From the IMG/VR virus record IMGVR_UViG_3300031566_000123: a stretch of DNA of 41,799 bases. The stretch is one strand, 5' to 3'. Below the pieces are notes generated by a model. The model saw only the letters and a program-made list of their open reading frames with translations, was not told the DNA's origin and did no database searches. Source of the DNA: a virus. Of this stretch, positions 26,601-35,241 are shown piece by piece; positions within the stretch are counted from its first letter, which is position 1, and each line of letters starts with the position of its first letter. A program made the position numbers and the translations under genes.

Positions 26601-29295
26601 CATATTTCATCACCGCTTTATTAACCTGGCCCATTTTTATGTTCCTTGCGGTGAACGCAGAAGGTACACTTTGGACTGCGGATGGTCCAACTAGGGAGGC
26701 ATCATGTACCATCTGGTGAATTCCTTTACCAATATCATCACCAATACCAATCGTGGGAGTAAACTTTGGAATGGATTTCTCAATGCCAACCATTGTTTTT
26801 GGAGCAAGGTCAGTGAGGTTATCCTGCCACACGGTTATACAATACCCATTTCGCTGGATGCCACCAGAAAGCTGGGAAGCATTTATTGGGAACAGCGCAG
26901 CATTGTGCACCTTGTTTCCGATTTTTGGTATCCACCCACCTGTTAGTGCTTTTTCCACCATTTCTACGCCGAATTCCCTCTCTGTTGTGGTAAGTGCTAC
27001 GGCGTGGGTCATTTCACCAATGCCTACTGGTTGTAAAGTTCCTCCAACCAATGCTTTACCAATATCACGGTAACCATACCTTGTAATGTTCAATGAACGG
27101 GCTAGTTCTGGGTCAACTCCGGACAACCCAATGAACATTACGTTAGCTCTAGCAGGAGTCACTCTACCATATACACCGCCACCACGACCACAGTAGGTAC
27201 GCAACACCTCTTCTACGTAGTTGTACGGGAAGTAGTTCCCAGTTAATAGGAATGCCCTAGCAAAAGGCATAACAAGGTGTTTTTCTATCCCCTCCTGCCA
27301 AATTCTACGGTAGATAGGTTCAATGGTATTTACCATTCCTGCCATAAATCCATGTCGCTGCTGCCACAACCACCATTTTTCATATCCCTCAGATAGGATA
27401 ATCTCCCTGCCATGTGCTTTCAAGGTTTGCAGGGATTCTAGTGGAGCTAGTTTTGCCATCTTTATACCTTCTGCAACGGTACGGTCATAGGTTGAGGTTA
27501 TCAAACCTTTAGCAATTTTCATATTGGTTTCATCATCTGCTATGTTAAATACATTCCTACAGAGGTCTTGCGCAGCAGCATCTAGGTTGCGTGAAATTCT
27601 TCCTGGTGCTGGAGACATTGAACCTGGTGTAATGGTACTAGCAACGATACTCTCCAAGTCCTGTATCATACCAGGAGTAATATCACTAGGGTCAAAGGTT
27701 TTCCCAAATGCTCTTCCCCATTCAATGAACTCGGTGTGGGTTAGCTGTTTACGAGCAATATAGGCTCTACCCAGCATTGCAGTTTCGTCCACCGCTGCTG
27801 GGTTGTCAACCGCATACCTAATGGCTTTTAGGTTAGCTTCCACAAAATCATCTGCTGGTATGTTTTCCAAAGCTTTGCCAGCAATCCTTTCTTGTGGCAT
27901 TTTAACCATGTCGGTTATTTGCCTACCAAAATAATCCGCTTTTTGTCCAGTGGTTTTGGGTATTCGCATAAGGAGTTTGGTTTTGACAAACCCAAATGGT
28001 GCTTCACAAAAACGGATGAACCCTCGTTCAAAGGCTCCAGATGCACCAAATATCCTGCCTAGGACTGGAATCCCCCTAGTAGCTTTTGCTCCCTGCATCA
28101 ACCAACCAAACCCAAGTACATTCACAGGGTCGGTGAATATCTCCAACCCCATCTTCGCCCATTCATTGCTTTCAAGGTCTTCCCATGCTTTTCCCATAGC
28201 AGTCCAATGGTTCATACCAGCTTCACGGTTTTTGTTGTAATCATTTCGCAATAAATCACCAGTCATATCTACTGCTTCCCTCAAAAGTTCTATCTCGTTA
28301 TCAGGATAAAACTGTGCAAACATGGAGTGTTGGAAATAGAATGGAAAACCATACATATGGTCTGCGGTAAATTGTGCTATCCACCCAGCTCTAGGTTGGT
28401 CCCAGTAGGTTTGGTATAGTTGTAATACATCCATCGCTGCGAGTGCTGGTTGGGAAGCAACAAATTTGAGTTTCCCCCAAAAGGTTCGCTCTGGGAGTTC
28501 TACCTCTCCACCAGCCTTATATTCCGCAATTTGTTGTCTACCAAGTTCAAATTCCTCAATCAAGGTTCCAAATTTACTATTAGCCGCTTCCGCTGCTGCT
28601 GCAAGTTCCTCATCCGTGTAACCTTCATCTTTTAGGTAATTAAGTAACTCTGGACCACCCAAACCTGGTGGTAACTCTGGCGGTGGCATGATTTGTCTCA
28701 ACCATTTGGACATTTCATCCACGGTTGTTAGATGCACGCCTTTGAAGGTTGGCTTGGTTGGTGCTGGAGTGGTTACAAACCATTTTGCCAATTCCGCCGC
28801 ATAGGCTTCATCGGTGGGAGCTACCTCACCAACTCCTAGAATAGTATTTACATAGTTTCTGGCTTTGGCAAGGTCCTCAGGTGAGCTATTAGGTTCTGGT
28901 GGATGTTGACGGATGTAATCCTCATAACTATTGATATTGGCAGCTTTGAGGTCCATGGGTGAGGCGGAGTATAGGTAGCCAAACCACACATTGCGGGTAT
29001 AATCTGATAATTGGATATCATACTCAGCTTTTGCTTTGGTAATATCCTCCACACGCCTAGTTGCTGGAGATGGAACCTGTAGTGGTAATTTTTCAACCTG
29101 AACCTGTGGAGCAAACGCCGTTAGTATATCCTGGCATAGACCATAAGATACCCCATATTTTAGCAAACTACTCCATGCCTTTTCCCATGTGGAAAGTGGT
29201 TCACCAAGGTCCTGTAGCTTCGCCTCACTCTCCCTGAGCAGTTTTTCAATGGAGGTTATTTCATCCTGCCATTTGGTTAACTCATTCCCGTTCAT
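23599..29295 (-). CDS. Giant 1898-aa protein of unknown function (candidate internal virion or ejection protein)
   Basis: Uninterrupted ORF. GGAGGTATGTAAT precedes the ATG. Lies between the portal and scaffold genes. I recognised no catalytic motif. Confidence 0.85.
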   Translation of the reverse strand: MNGNELTKWQDEITSIEKLLRESEAKLQDLGEPLSTWEKAWSSLLKYGVSYGLCQDILTAFAPQVQVEKLPLQVPSPATRRVEDITKAKAEYDIQLSDYTRNVWFGYLYSASPMDLKAANINSYEDYIRQHPPEPNSSPEDLAKARNYVNTILGVGEVAPTDEAYAAELAKWFVTTPAPTKPTFKGVHLTTVDEMSKWLRQIMPPPELPPGLGGPELLNYLKDEGYTDEELAAAAEAANSKFGTLIEEFELGRQQIAEYKAGGEVELPERTFWGKLKFVASQPALAAMDVLQLYQTYWDQPRAGWIAQFTADHMYGFPFYFQHSMFAQFYPDNEIELLREAVDMTGDLLRNDYNKNREAGMNHWTAMGKAWEDLESNEWAKMGLEIFTDPVNVLGFGWLMQGAKATRGIPVLGRIFGASGAFERGFIRFCEAPFGFVKTKLLMRIPKTTGQKADYFGRQITDMVKMPQERIAGKALENIPADDFVEANLKAIRYAVDNPAAVDETAMLGRAYIARKQLTHTEFIEWGRAFGKTFDPSDITPGMIQDLESIVASTITPGSMSPAPGRISRNLDAAAQDLCRNVFNIADDETNMKIAKGLITSTYDRTVAEGIKMAKLAPLESLQTLKAHGREIILSEGYEKWWLWQQRHGFMAGMVNTIEPIYRRIWQEGIEKHLVMPFARAFLLTGNYFPYNYVEEVLRTYCGRGGGVYGRVTPARANVMFIGLSGVDPELARSLNITRYGYRDIGKALVGGTLQPVGIGEMTHAVALTTTEREFGVEMVEKALTGGWIPKIGNKVHNAALFPINASQLSGGIQRNGYCITVWQDNLTDLAPKTMVGIEKSIPKFTPTIGIGDDIGKGIHQMVHDASLVGPSAVQSVPSAFTARNIKMGQVNKAVMKYGELTEVWDVFLKGAYTGELWDDLPAFMVKSQDILADRLINAPRIKADRLQHLVDDLLASTNKIETKEQIMGYAHALQDISMESPETISSLFTGAQHRISTLPTAAARETAWAEAYSNIMPFLNQCEKQSKRLSDHIKANLGDLLTKTEVEQLDNCMDVAVARVLKIQDTRKVAMKKSEELIARKVRPNSPEWIKELTEIWEKHFTIDAELLADQISAARGLGRVMGVSVRTAKIDATGRALTPADIAKLFHSTGDQISYAMMNSASLMRKEYFVALVRRQSIEMASAAGTTRQALGFTDDAIGEVYDKLIYGVRSDPAVHDILTRKYAEMDNLSRDLESIRINHSVNKEAAMHIQGYCDEVADNLRKLDIYQPVKGQLAREGTDEWWRIKQEAMDKTMLSYHQEFTDYTNLNILDKFMTHIFPYWTYESQRWFWLPRNFATHPLIMNTWGKFMDNSDFGYVHIPGTSLDVNFTRGTVYKGGMSSLVRRDYPEYYDQMFPEFVETMDYVKRWGFFPNVFWELLLTSYGGRKPQTGQILPTIVKTPLDLFIAAHPESDVAKKLYGVLFPDYFQDYMRMTEVSDKATTDQIQRGITGVSIWEKMERNETLTAEEQGLWDNAVGRVSLMSPWMSHAGVFRMRHEDRIRAYEWWGEYIEEITGVNVKTQKWLRMHGYTVGDVCPGLSQLDIMQIQEAEEYMRWIKPRVTASLRPSSEIEDNLIQSEFWGMVRRHREANNIEMLRIEGQAFRGEGGWISKAEYVDKMRGISKDNADYIHEEHGDTFNHTTGEWEANPVTKNKFSWIPLTAEERALYYAEKGINLNMGAFDEMLNEWFQLTVKEKIDPVTNTPYLDWGTFFATQDAIEKMLPPELKSDWHTYLRHNETPGRTLYREAVENYLVPYWNVSDVIKKEMFTPEEQDLIDEYYAIQDIDPTRAAEIQEITRPNGLKLISQYRTMTTNARKKLRMTLPTLDAQLLYWNVTSTLLTPEAQLIYDNLTSAGRAT

Positions 29296-29296
29296 A

Positions 29297-30973
29297 TTAC
29301 ATACCTCCTAGTTCTGGTGAAGGTGGTAACACTTCCTCGCTTGGTAACGCACCTCGTGGGGTACCAATTGGTCGTCCTGGTGAAGGTGCGGCTTCTGGTG
29401 AAGGCTGTGGTGTTATGGATGCTTCCAACATATCAGCAGCTTTGGTAAATAATGCTGCGGCTTGGTCGTCCTTAGCATCCTTGTATATCCTCGCCTGTTC
29501 TCGGTAGGTTTGTATCATAGCTAAGGTCTGGGCAATAGGATTGGTCAGCGCATCATCCTTAGCTGCAATAGCTTGTTCCCTCACAGGGTCAACAACTTCG
29601 GGGAATATAAGGTCACAAGTTGTGTTGAACCCAAGTTTGAAGGTTGGGTTTAGCATCCGAGCTATGGTAGCTCGTTGTACCAAACTCCCAGGGATGTTGA
29701 TATTAAAGTCTATGGTGAATTCGGTGAATTCTGGGAGTTTTTTGGGTGGCTTAAAGCCATAGGTATTCAACTTGCGCTCACGGAGTTCCACTAACCAGTA
29801 GTTATCCACATCTGCTAATACTCCTTTAATGGCATCGGCGTATGGGGTTAGTGTACCAAGTGCGGCAGAGGCTATCTGGGATACCATATACCCCGCCATT
29901 TCTTGCTGGATGTTACCATATAACACCCACGGAAAGGTGCAGCGTTGGATGCGGTTACCATAATCAAATAGTATGGTTCGCAGTTCTACTGGGATTGCTG
30001 GCATTGGTACGGTTTCAACACTATCCTCTGGTGTGCCTCGGAAAATCGCACCACGCTTAAATATGGTTTGTGGATTGAGTATACCTTTTGTGCTGCGGGA
30101 ACGCTCAAACCACCTTGGATTAGCCGTGTCTCGGACTAACTGTTGGATGTAGGTTAGCATTTTGTTGTGGTTGTTGAACTCCTCCGCACCCACAGCCACA
30201 ATACTCTCTCCGAAGTTTTTTTGCCAATCTTTGGAGGTTTGCTTAATAGCACCCATATCTGGTAGACCAGCAACAGGTGAGGTAAAAATCGGTATGCGGT
30301 CGGATTTCTGCTCCGTAATACTTAATGTGGTGAGAGGTTTCACCAACACATTCCCCATAACAATAGCATTAACCACTTCGCCGCTGGTACTGTAGGTCCA
30401 GTAGTTGTAGACCTTAACATCAGCGTTGAATGGTCGTGGTAGTACCCAGTTATTCCTTCTCGCTTTGCGGTTTGCTGCCGTTGGTGTGAGGGTGTAGATA
30501 TGAGCGCAGGATTCCAAACCATCGGAGCTAAAACTTGGATACACATTGGCTGGGTTCCAAACCTCCGCAATTAGTGTATCATCTGTAACCCAAGCAAATA
30601 CGGAATACCACCCTGTTGCAAGCACTAACCCAATCATTTCTCGGAGCCAGGACTGTCTACCAAGTCTGCGGTGCTGTTGTTCCAACCTGCCCCATTGGGT
30701 GGAGATATATTGTTCCAGGTATGAGGTGGAAGCAACTTCTTCTTGGCTTAAACCTTCAGTAGGTATTTTATGGGTCATGGTACTTGCAGTTAGCATGTTT
30801 AGTGCAAGGTTGTATGCGGTTCTCGGGTCACTGGATATTACCGATTCCATGTCCTCTTGGTGAAGGTTGTTAGTGAGTAATAGAAGGTCATACCAATCTT
30901 GGAATTGCTTTGCTCTGGTTGACCAGTTGGTTTTTAACTCATTACACACCTTCACAATGTCATTTGCTTTCAT
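29297..30973 (-). CDS. Portal protein (558 aa)
   Basis: Size and position shortly downstream of the large terminase. GGAGGTGATTT precedes the ATG. Confidence 0.7.
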   Translation of the reverse strand: MKANDIVKVCNELKTNWSTRAKQFQDWYDLLLLTNNLHQEDMESVISSDPRTAYNLALNMLTASTMTHKIPTEGLSQEEVASTSYLEQYISTQWGRLEQQHRRLGRQSWLREMIGLVLATGWYSVFAWVTDDTLIAEVWNPANVYPSFSSDGLESCAHIYTLTPTAANRKARRNNWVLPRPFNADVKVYNYWTYSTSGEVVNAIVMGNVLVKPLTTLSITEQKSDRIPIFTSPVAGLPDMGAIKQTSKDWQKNFGESIVAVGAEEFNNHNKMLTYIQQLVRDTANPRWFERSRSTKGILNPQTIFKRGAIFRGTPEDSVETVPMPAIPVELRTILFDYGNRIQRCTFPWVLYGNIQQEMAGYMVSQIASAALGTLTPYADAIKGVLADVDNYWLVELRERKLNTYGFKPPKKLPEFTEFTIDFNINIPGSLVQRATIARMLNPTFKLGFNTTCDLIFPEVVDPVREQAIAAKDDALTNPIAQTLAMIQTYREQARIYKDAKDDQAAALFTKAADMLEASITPQPSPEAAPSPGRPIGTPRGALPSEEVLPPSPELGGM

Positions 30974-30976
30974 AAA

Positions 30977-31189
30977 TCACCTCCAAAGTAGTTTAATTAG
31001 GTAGATAATACCAACCCATGTAGCCACGCCAAACGCTCTACCTACAAGGTAGTAGTGGAATTCCTCTATCATTGGGTTGTGATAGTCTATTGGCATCGGG
31101 AACCTGCTGTGCCAAGGACAGATAACCTCGCACCAACCAATGACAAAGGCGTGCCACTCATCCCAGTTATTCATAAATTCCCATTTCAT
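30977..31189 (-). CDS. Small Trp-rich protein with a hydrophobic C-terminus (70 aa)
   Basis: GGAGGTGGCAAACC precedes the ATG. Confidence 0.5.
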   Translation of the reverse strand: MKWEFMNNWDEWHAFVIGWCEVICPWHSRFPMPIDYHNPMIEEFHYYLVGRAFGVATWVGIIYLIKLLWR

Positions 31190-31302
31190 GGTTTGCCACC
31201 TCCAATTTTACACTTGTGGTTGGTTATCTCCGCACCACTAGCATGGAGGCATTTGTAACATAGGTAAAGTGCTTCACCAGTAACTAACCTCATTTTATTC
31301 AC
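31186..31302 (-). CDS. Mini-protein (35-38 aa) with CxxC...HxC
   Basis: GAGAGG lies 6 nt before the GTG at 31302 (alternative ATG at 31293). The stop overlaps the next ATG (ATGA). Below the ORF-track cutoff. Confidence 0.35.
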   Translation of the reverse strand: MNKMRLVTGEALYLCYKCLHASGAEITNHKCKIGGGKP

Positions 31303-31340
31303 ATAAGTCCTCTCTCCGCAGTTGCTACATATTCCTATTG

Positions 31341-32870
31341 TTACCATTTGAAGCCTGATGTTCCGACAAATCCTCGTTCTACTGGTCTAGTATCCCTACA
31401 AACACAAGCTATTGCCACAGCATCGTGGATGTCATCCGCACCGAGTGAAACTACCTTATCACCAACTTGGCGGATATTCCTACATTCGGATACGAATTGG
31501 ATATCATGTACCACCATCTTGTGCAGTAATCGGGAGAGGGTGTTTAGCATGAACGGTTTGGTTTTTGGTGTGGTTAACCAACCTAACTCGGAACTTTCTC
31601 TCTCGGAAATCACATCACGGCGGTAATAGTTATTACCCCAATCCCTAAGCAGGGGTGCTAGTGCTAACCCATGTGCATTCGCTTCCCAGGTTATCAATGC
31701 ATCATTGTAGTACCTTGCAAGCTCCCTTGCTTTATCAGCGGTTACTTCGGGTGTCCATAAACCCGCTGCTCTAGCACAGTATTTAGGAACCTCACCAGAA
31801 AAACACATTACTAAAATTGCAGATTGGGTAATTTTAGCCTGTCCTGGGTCAATGGATATTATGTACCATTCCCTTTCCTCTGGTGGATACCAAATCTCCG
31901 CACTAAGTTGGTGGATGGTTGCTGGATAGCAATCCTTTGCTAGTTCATCCATCACGGTAGGGTCATAAAACATATCACCAGCGGAAAGGAAGCAGGATAC
32001 ATCATCTTCGGGGTATTCTTGGGTAAATAGTTTCCTCAACTCACCCGTTCTGCGTAGACTCTCCATTTCTTTAATTTTGTACCTACGCCAGCGGATTTGG
32101 TCAAATGAGAGATTGTGGTTGGTTACCAACTTCTCCTCATCAGAAGACAGTATTGGAATGTTTAATTCCTCGGTACATTTGGAATGGTTAATGGGCATGG
32201 TGTAGTCTGGGTGCATAAACCATGAATAAAAATGCGGCGTAAAGGTGGACTTACCTTCTTTAGCAAGCTGGTACATATCACAGAAATCATTGTCCTCACC
32301 GTTTGGTGTGGAAAATATGTCCACCGTACCATTTATTGGAACACGCTGGAGTGCTGGTACTAATATACGGTCGGTGGCACTTGGTTCCCAGAAAGCAAAT
32401 TCATCGCAGAGGAGGTGGTGGATAATCTCCCCTCTACCTGCAACATAACTCCGAGCGGAACTAATATACATGGAGCTGTGTATGGATGGAAAGGTTTTCT
32501 CATAGGAACTATTGTGGTGCATCTTTGGAAAACCTGGTATTTTGATAGAGCTTAGGACATTGTAGAAAAATTGCACCTTGTCCAGCAGGCGTTGGGTTAT
32601 GAATTCCTCAAAAGCGATGAGAATGGTGTTCGTACCAGGCGTGGTTATGGTTTCAACAAACCTTTTCACCAAGCGTTCACTGGAAAATCCAACTTGTGCT
32701 GGCTTTACCCAAATATCCCTCCCAGTTTCGGTTTGCTGAACATCCTGTTGTATTGGGTTTAGTATGAATGGTACTCGGTTGGAGTTTTTGTCCTCAATAA
32801 CCAACAGGGTTTCAATAAACTTCCGCTTGTCCCTCAGGAGTTCGGCAAATGTTTCAAGTTGGGTAGGCAT
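31341..32870 (-). CDS. terL: Terminase large subunit (509 aa)
   Basis: VKPAQVGFSS (RQxGxS-type P-loop region), Walker B LLCDEFAFW, nuclease-domain ISIDPG. AGGAGATAATTCCA precedes the ATG. Confidence 0.88.
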   Translation of the reverse strand: MPTQLETFAELLRDKRKFIETLLVIEDKNSNRVPFILNPIQQDVQQTETGRDIWVKPAQVGFSSERLVKRFVETITTPGTNTILIAFEEFITQRLLDKVQFFYNVLSSIKIPGFPKMHHNSSYEKTFPSIHSSMYISSARSYVAGRGEIIHHLLCDEFAFWEPSATDRILVPALQRVPINGTVDIFSTPNGEDNDFCDMYQLAKEGKSTFTPHFYSWFMHPDYTMPINHSKCTEELNIPILSSDEEKLVTNHNLSFDQIRWRRYKIKEMESLRRTGELRKLFTQEYPEDDVSCFLSAGDMFYDPTVMDELAKDCYPATIHQLSAEIWYPPEEREWYIISIDPGQAKITQSAILVMCFSGEVPKYCARAAGLWTPEVTADKARELARYYNDALITWEANAHGLALAPLLRDWGNNYYRRDVISERESSELGWLTTPKTKPFMLNTLSRLLHKMVVHDIQFVSECRNIRQVGDKVVSLGADDIHDAVAIACVCRDTRPVERGFVGTSGFKW

Positions 32871-32875
32871 TGGAA

Positions 32876-33076
32876 TTATCTCCTACGCCGTCCTGCAGCA
32901 GCCATCTTCTGGAACTTGGATTTACCATATTTTTTGCGCCCTATCCATGCTGCTAACGCTTTCGGACTGCGGACTTTGCGAGATTTACCAGCTTTGGTTG
33001 TACCCTTTTTTGCTCTGAGTTTTCTGGTTAGTCTGGTAAATCTACCACCACCTCCAACTCTCATGCTTTTTGCCAT
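32876..33076 (-). CDS. Hyper-basic small protein (66 aa, very rich in Lys and Arg)
   Basis: GGAAGGAGGAAATA precedes the ATG. Sequence MAKSMRVGGGGRFTRLTRKLRAKKG...AAGRRRR. Confidence 0.65.
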   Translation of the reverse strand: MAKSMRVGGGGRFTRLTRKLRAKKGTTKAGKSRKVRSPKALAAWIGRKKYGKSKFQKMAAAGRRRR

Positions 33077-33225
33077 TATTTCCTCCTTCCAGTACCTTTG
33101 CCTCTGCCGCTACCTCTACCGTACCCTACGCCGCCTTTGGTACATGCACTTGTGTTGCGGTTTCTACGACCACCACTTGGTGTGCCTTTGCCTTTCCCTG
33201 CACCTCGTTTTGCTCCGTATGCCAT
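33076..33225 (-). CDS. Gly/Arg/Lys-rich mini-protein (49 aa, RGG-like), below the ORF-track cutoff
   Basis: AAAGGAGACAACAC precedes the ATG at 33225. TAATG overlap with the next gene. My translation: MAYGAKRGAGKGKGTPSGGRRNRNTSACTKGGVGYGRGSGRGKGTGRRK. Confidence 0.55.
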   Translation of the reverse strand: MAYGAKRGAGKGKGTPSGGRRNRNTSACTKGGVGYGRGSGRGKGTGRRK

Positions 33226-33237
33226 GTGTTGTCTCCT

Positions 33238-33789
33238 TTAACCTGTTATCATTCCAAAAGAATGGGCAAAGCCTGCTGGTGGTGTATAGTCAACCTCAAC
33301 ATAGACTTGGGTGCAATGAGAATAACAACTGATTGGTGGTCTACCGCCAGCAAGATAGCCTACTTCCAAGTATAACAAAACTTGCAAGGAATCAATATCA
33401 TCCCAAGTCCAAGCCACCTCACTATTAGGATTATCTGCCCAAGTTTCAGATTTCGTAACATAAGATTCGCTGCTAATGTCCATTTCGCTTGAATAATAAG
33501 GGGTGGAGTCGGAGTATACTCCAACTTTTACATAGCAGTCTTTTAGTGCAAGGTTAGTAACCCTTACTACGGCATAGACTTTTACACTGTTTATAGTCCC
33601 AGATTCCGTTGTATGATTAGGAAGCCCGAAACGTCCCTCTACGTCATCTTGTGACCCAGCGTGCAAATAGGTGGAGTCCTCATCCGAACTTTCTTCATCT
33701 ATGTCCTCATGTGCGCTTTCCCCTGTGTTGGGATATAAAAGAAAGGCGGAGAATTCTGTTGAGTTTGGTCTTAAAATTAGTGCGCTCAT
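33238..33789 (-). CDS. Hypothetical late protein with an acidic N-terminal tract (183 aa)
   Basis: The ATG at 33789 overlaps the upstream TGA (ATGA). Acidic tract HEDIDEESSDED. Confidence 0.55.
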   Translation of the reverse strand: MSALILRPNSTEFSAFLLYPNTGESAHEDIDEESSDEDSTYLHAGSQDDVEGRFGLPNHTTESGTINSVKVYAVVRVTNLALKDCYVKVGVYSDSTPYYSSEMDISSESYVTKSETWADNPNSEVAWTWDDIDSLQVLLYLEVGYLAGGRPPISCYSHCTQVYVEVDYTPPAGFAHSFGMITG

Positions 33790-34541
33790 TTCCACACCTG
33801 CCAAGTCATCGGGTTATAGGGAGTATAAACGCCATTATCTGTTAGGACTGGTTGAACCAATGTGTTAAATTGGGGAGGAGCACCTTCGGTAAGGTCTACA
33901 TAAACCCAGTCAAACTTCCCGTGCTTTTTAATCTCCTCAAAGGCATCACCGTGAATTATCTGGATAGGAGTATCAAAGTAACCAGTAATCTGTTCACCCA
34001 GTAAATGGATAACCCTATCATCTATCTCACAAACCACGACATCTTTTGCCTTGCCTAAATGATTTAGATATAGCAGGATTAAACCCAACCCAAGCCCGCC
34101 GATAAAAACTCTTGCGTTATCAGGACATTCTTGAGCAGAGGTAAGCATAGAAAAATGCTCTTCGATACTGGTATTCATAACTGCGGGTAACTTACTGTCT
34201 ATTATCAGTTCCCTGCCGTCATGGGTACCCTTGAGTTCTACCCCGTTATACTTTTTCTGTTCTCCCAACATAGCAAGGTCTTGCCTATCTCTATACACAG
34301 CAAACTCTGAAATCGCATCTTCGGCTTCTACCAAGCAGTATTTATTACTTTTAACCCAGAAGCTAGCCAGTGTAAAACCTAGCTTCTCCAGGGTTGCTAC
34401 TAGCTTATTTAGCAGTGGCGTATGCTCTTCAGATATGCCCTTATACCACCCACCAGCGTGTAGCTGTGTATGAGCTTTCCTGTAAGCGTCAACAGCCTTC
34501 CTACCAGCCAATACCTTATGTTTATCAATCAAACTAGACAT
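33786..34541 (-). CDS. Class I SAM-dependent (Rossmann) transferase, spermidine-synthase-like (251 aa)
   Basis: VFIGGLGLG (motif I), VVVCEID (acidic end of strand 2), IIHGDAF, WVYVDL. The preceding LIIDSKLPAVMNTSIEEHFSML resembles the LxLDGxxQ...DExxYHEML segment of spermidine synthases. Confidence 0.55.
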   Translation of the reverse strand: MSSLIDKHKVLAGRKAVDAYRKAHTQLHAGGWYKGISEEHTPLLNKLVATLEKLGFTLASFWVKSNKYCLVEAEDAISEFAVYRDRQDLAMLGEQKKYNGVELKGTHDGRELIIDSKLPAVMNTSIEEHFSMLTSAQECPDNARVFIGGLGLGLILLYLNHLGKAKDVVVCEIDDRVIHLLGEQITGYFDTPIQIIHGDAFEEIKKHGKFDWVYVDLTEGAPPQFNTLVQPVLTDNGVYTPYNPMTWQVWK

Positions 34542-34550
34542 GTTACTCCT

Positions 34551-35060
34551 CTATGTCTTCGTTACCTTCAAGCTAATCAGCACCCTCTCACAGGTGGTGA
34601 TTGAATCCACATTGAACCTCAGCGTATCTCCCGCAGCAATCGCCGTTGTCCAACTGGTCAATGTCGTATCCTGTGCCTTTATCGCACTGGAAAGTGTAGG
34701 CGGAGTTGAGGAGGTTATACTGTTAGCATCCTCTGGAGGATAATCCGCATAAGCCTGTTTCCAAATATCCACCACGATGCTTCCTGATTGGTCTGCTAAG
34801 GTAGTAACCGCTGTTATGGTGCAGGCGAAGGGTATCTCTAAATCACCCTTGATGCCTGTGGTGATGACTGAGCCACCGCCGTCTATAATGAACTCAATCC
34901 CTGCTAAATTAGTATGGTGAACGGTTTTGCTTGCAGCATGGTCATACGCCCAATTAGATGAAATTGGAGCAGTGGTTTCCCCATTCACTGGGGTATCATC
35001 TATATCCGCCTTCAAGCAAACATTATCCCGATAAGCAATGAGTTTCCATGTTATAGCCAT
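34551..35060 (-). CDS. Fibre-like protein sharing the MAITWK.IAY.D N-terminus (169 aa)
   Basis: Its N-terminus is nearly identical to that of 35242-35889. TAATG overlap upstream. Confidence 0.5.
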   Translation of the reverse strand: MAITWKLIAYRDNVCLKADIDDTPVNGETTAPISSNWAYDHAASKTVHHTNLAGIEFIIDGGGSVITTGIKGDLEIPFACTITAVTTLADQSGSIVVDIWKQAYADYPPEDANSITSSTPPTLSSAIKAQDTTLTSWTTAIAAGDTLRFNVDSITTCERVLISLKVTKT

Positions 35061-35233
35061 TATTCTTGTCCTGTTGCCTTTCGCATATTCACTAACAAGG
35101 AGCGTTTGATGTTATCCAACACCATATATGTTTCAGTTACATCCAAAGCTTCTTTTTCAATAACCACAATCAATTCATTGTGCAACCGCCCCATCCTGTC
35201 CCACTGCCTTCCCTCTTTAGTGGTTTCAGCCAT
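35060..35233 (-). CDS. Hypothetical small protein (57 aa)
   Basis: The ATG at 35233 lies 9 nt after the upstream stop, preceded by GGTGGAG. Confidence 0.45.
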   Translation of the reverse strand: MAETTKEGRQWDRMGRLHNELIVVIEKEALDVTETYMVLDNIKRSLLVNMRKATGQE

Positions 35234-35241
35234 AGCTCCAC

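Noticed and set aside
23599-29295. Calling the 1898-aa protein a virion RNA polymerase or a MuF-toxin fusion
   Set aside because: I could not spot any polymerase-type Asp motif, a MuF signature or a toxin domain by eye. Only its position and size are suggestive, so it is left as unknown.
32859-33375. 157-aa and 101-aa plus-strand ORFs over the basic mini-protein genes
   Set aside because: Their low-complexity Leu/Cys/Pro products are mirror images of the Gly/Arg/Lys codons. They run against the late operon and have no Shine-Dalgarno site, whereas both minus ORFs have strong sites and start/stop coupling.
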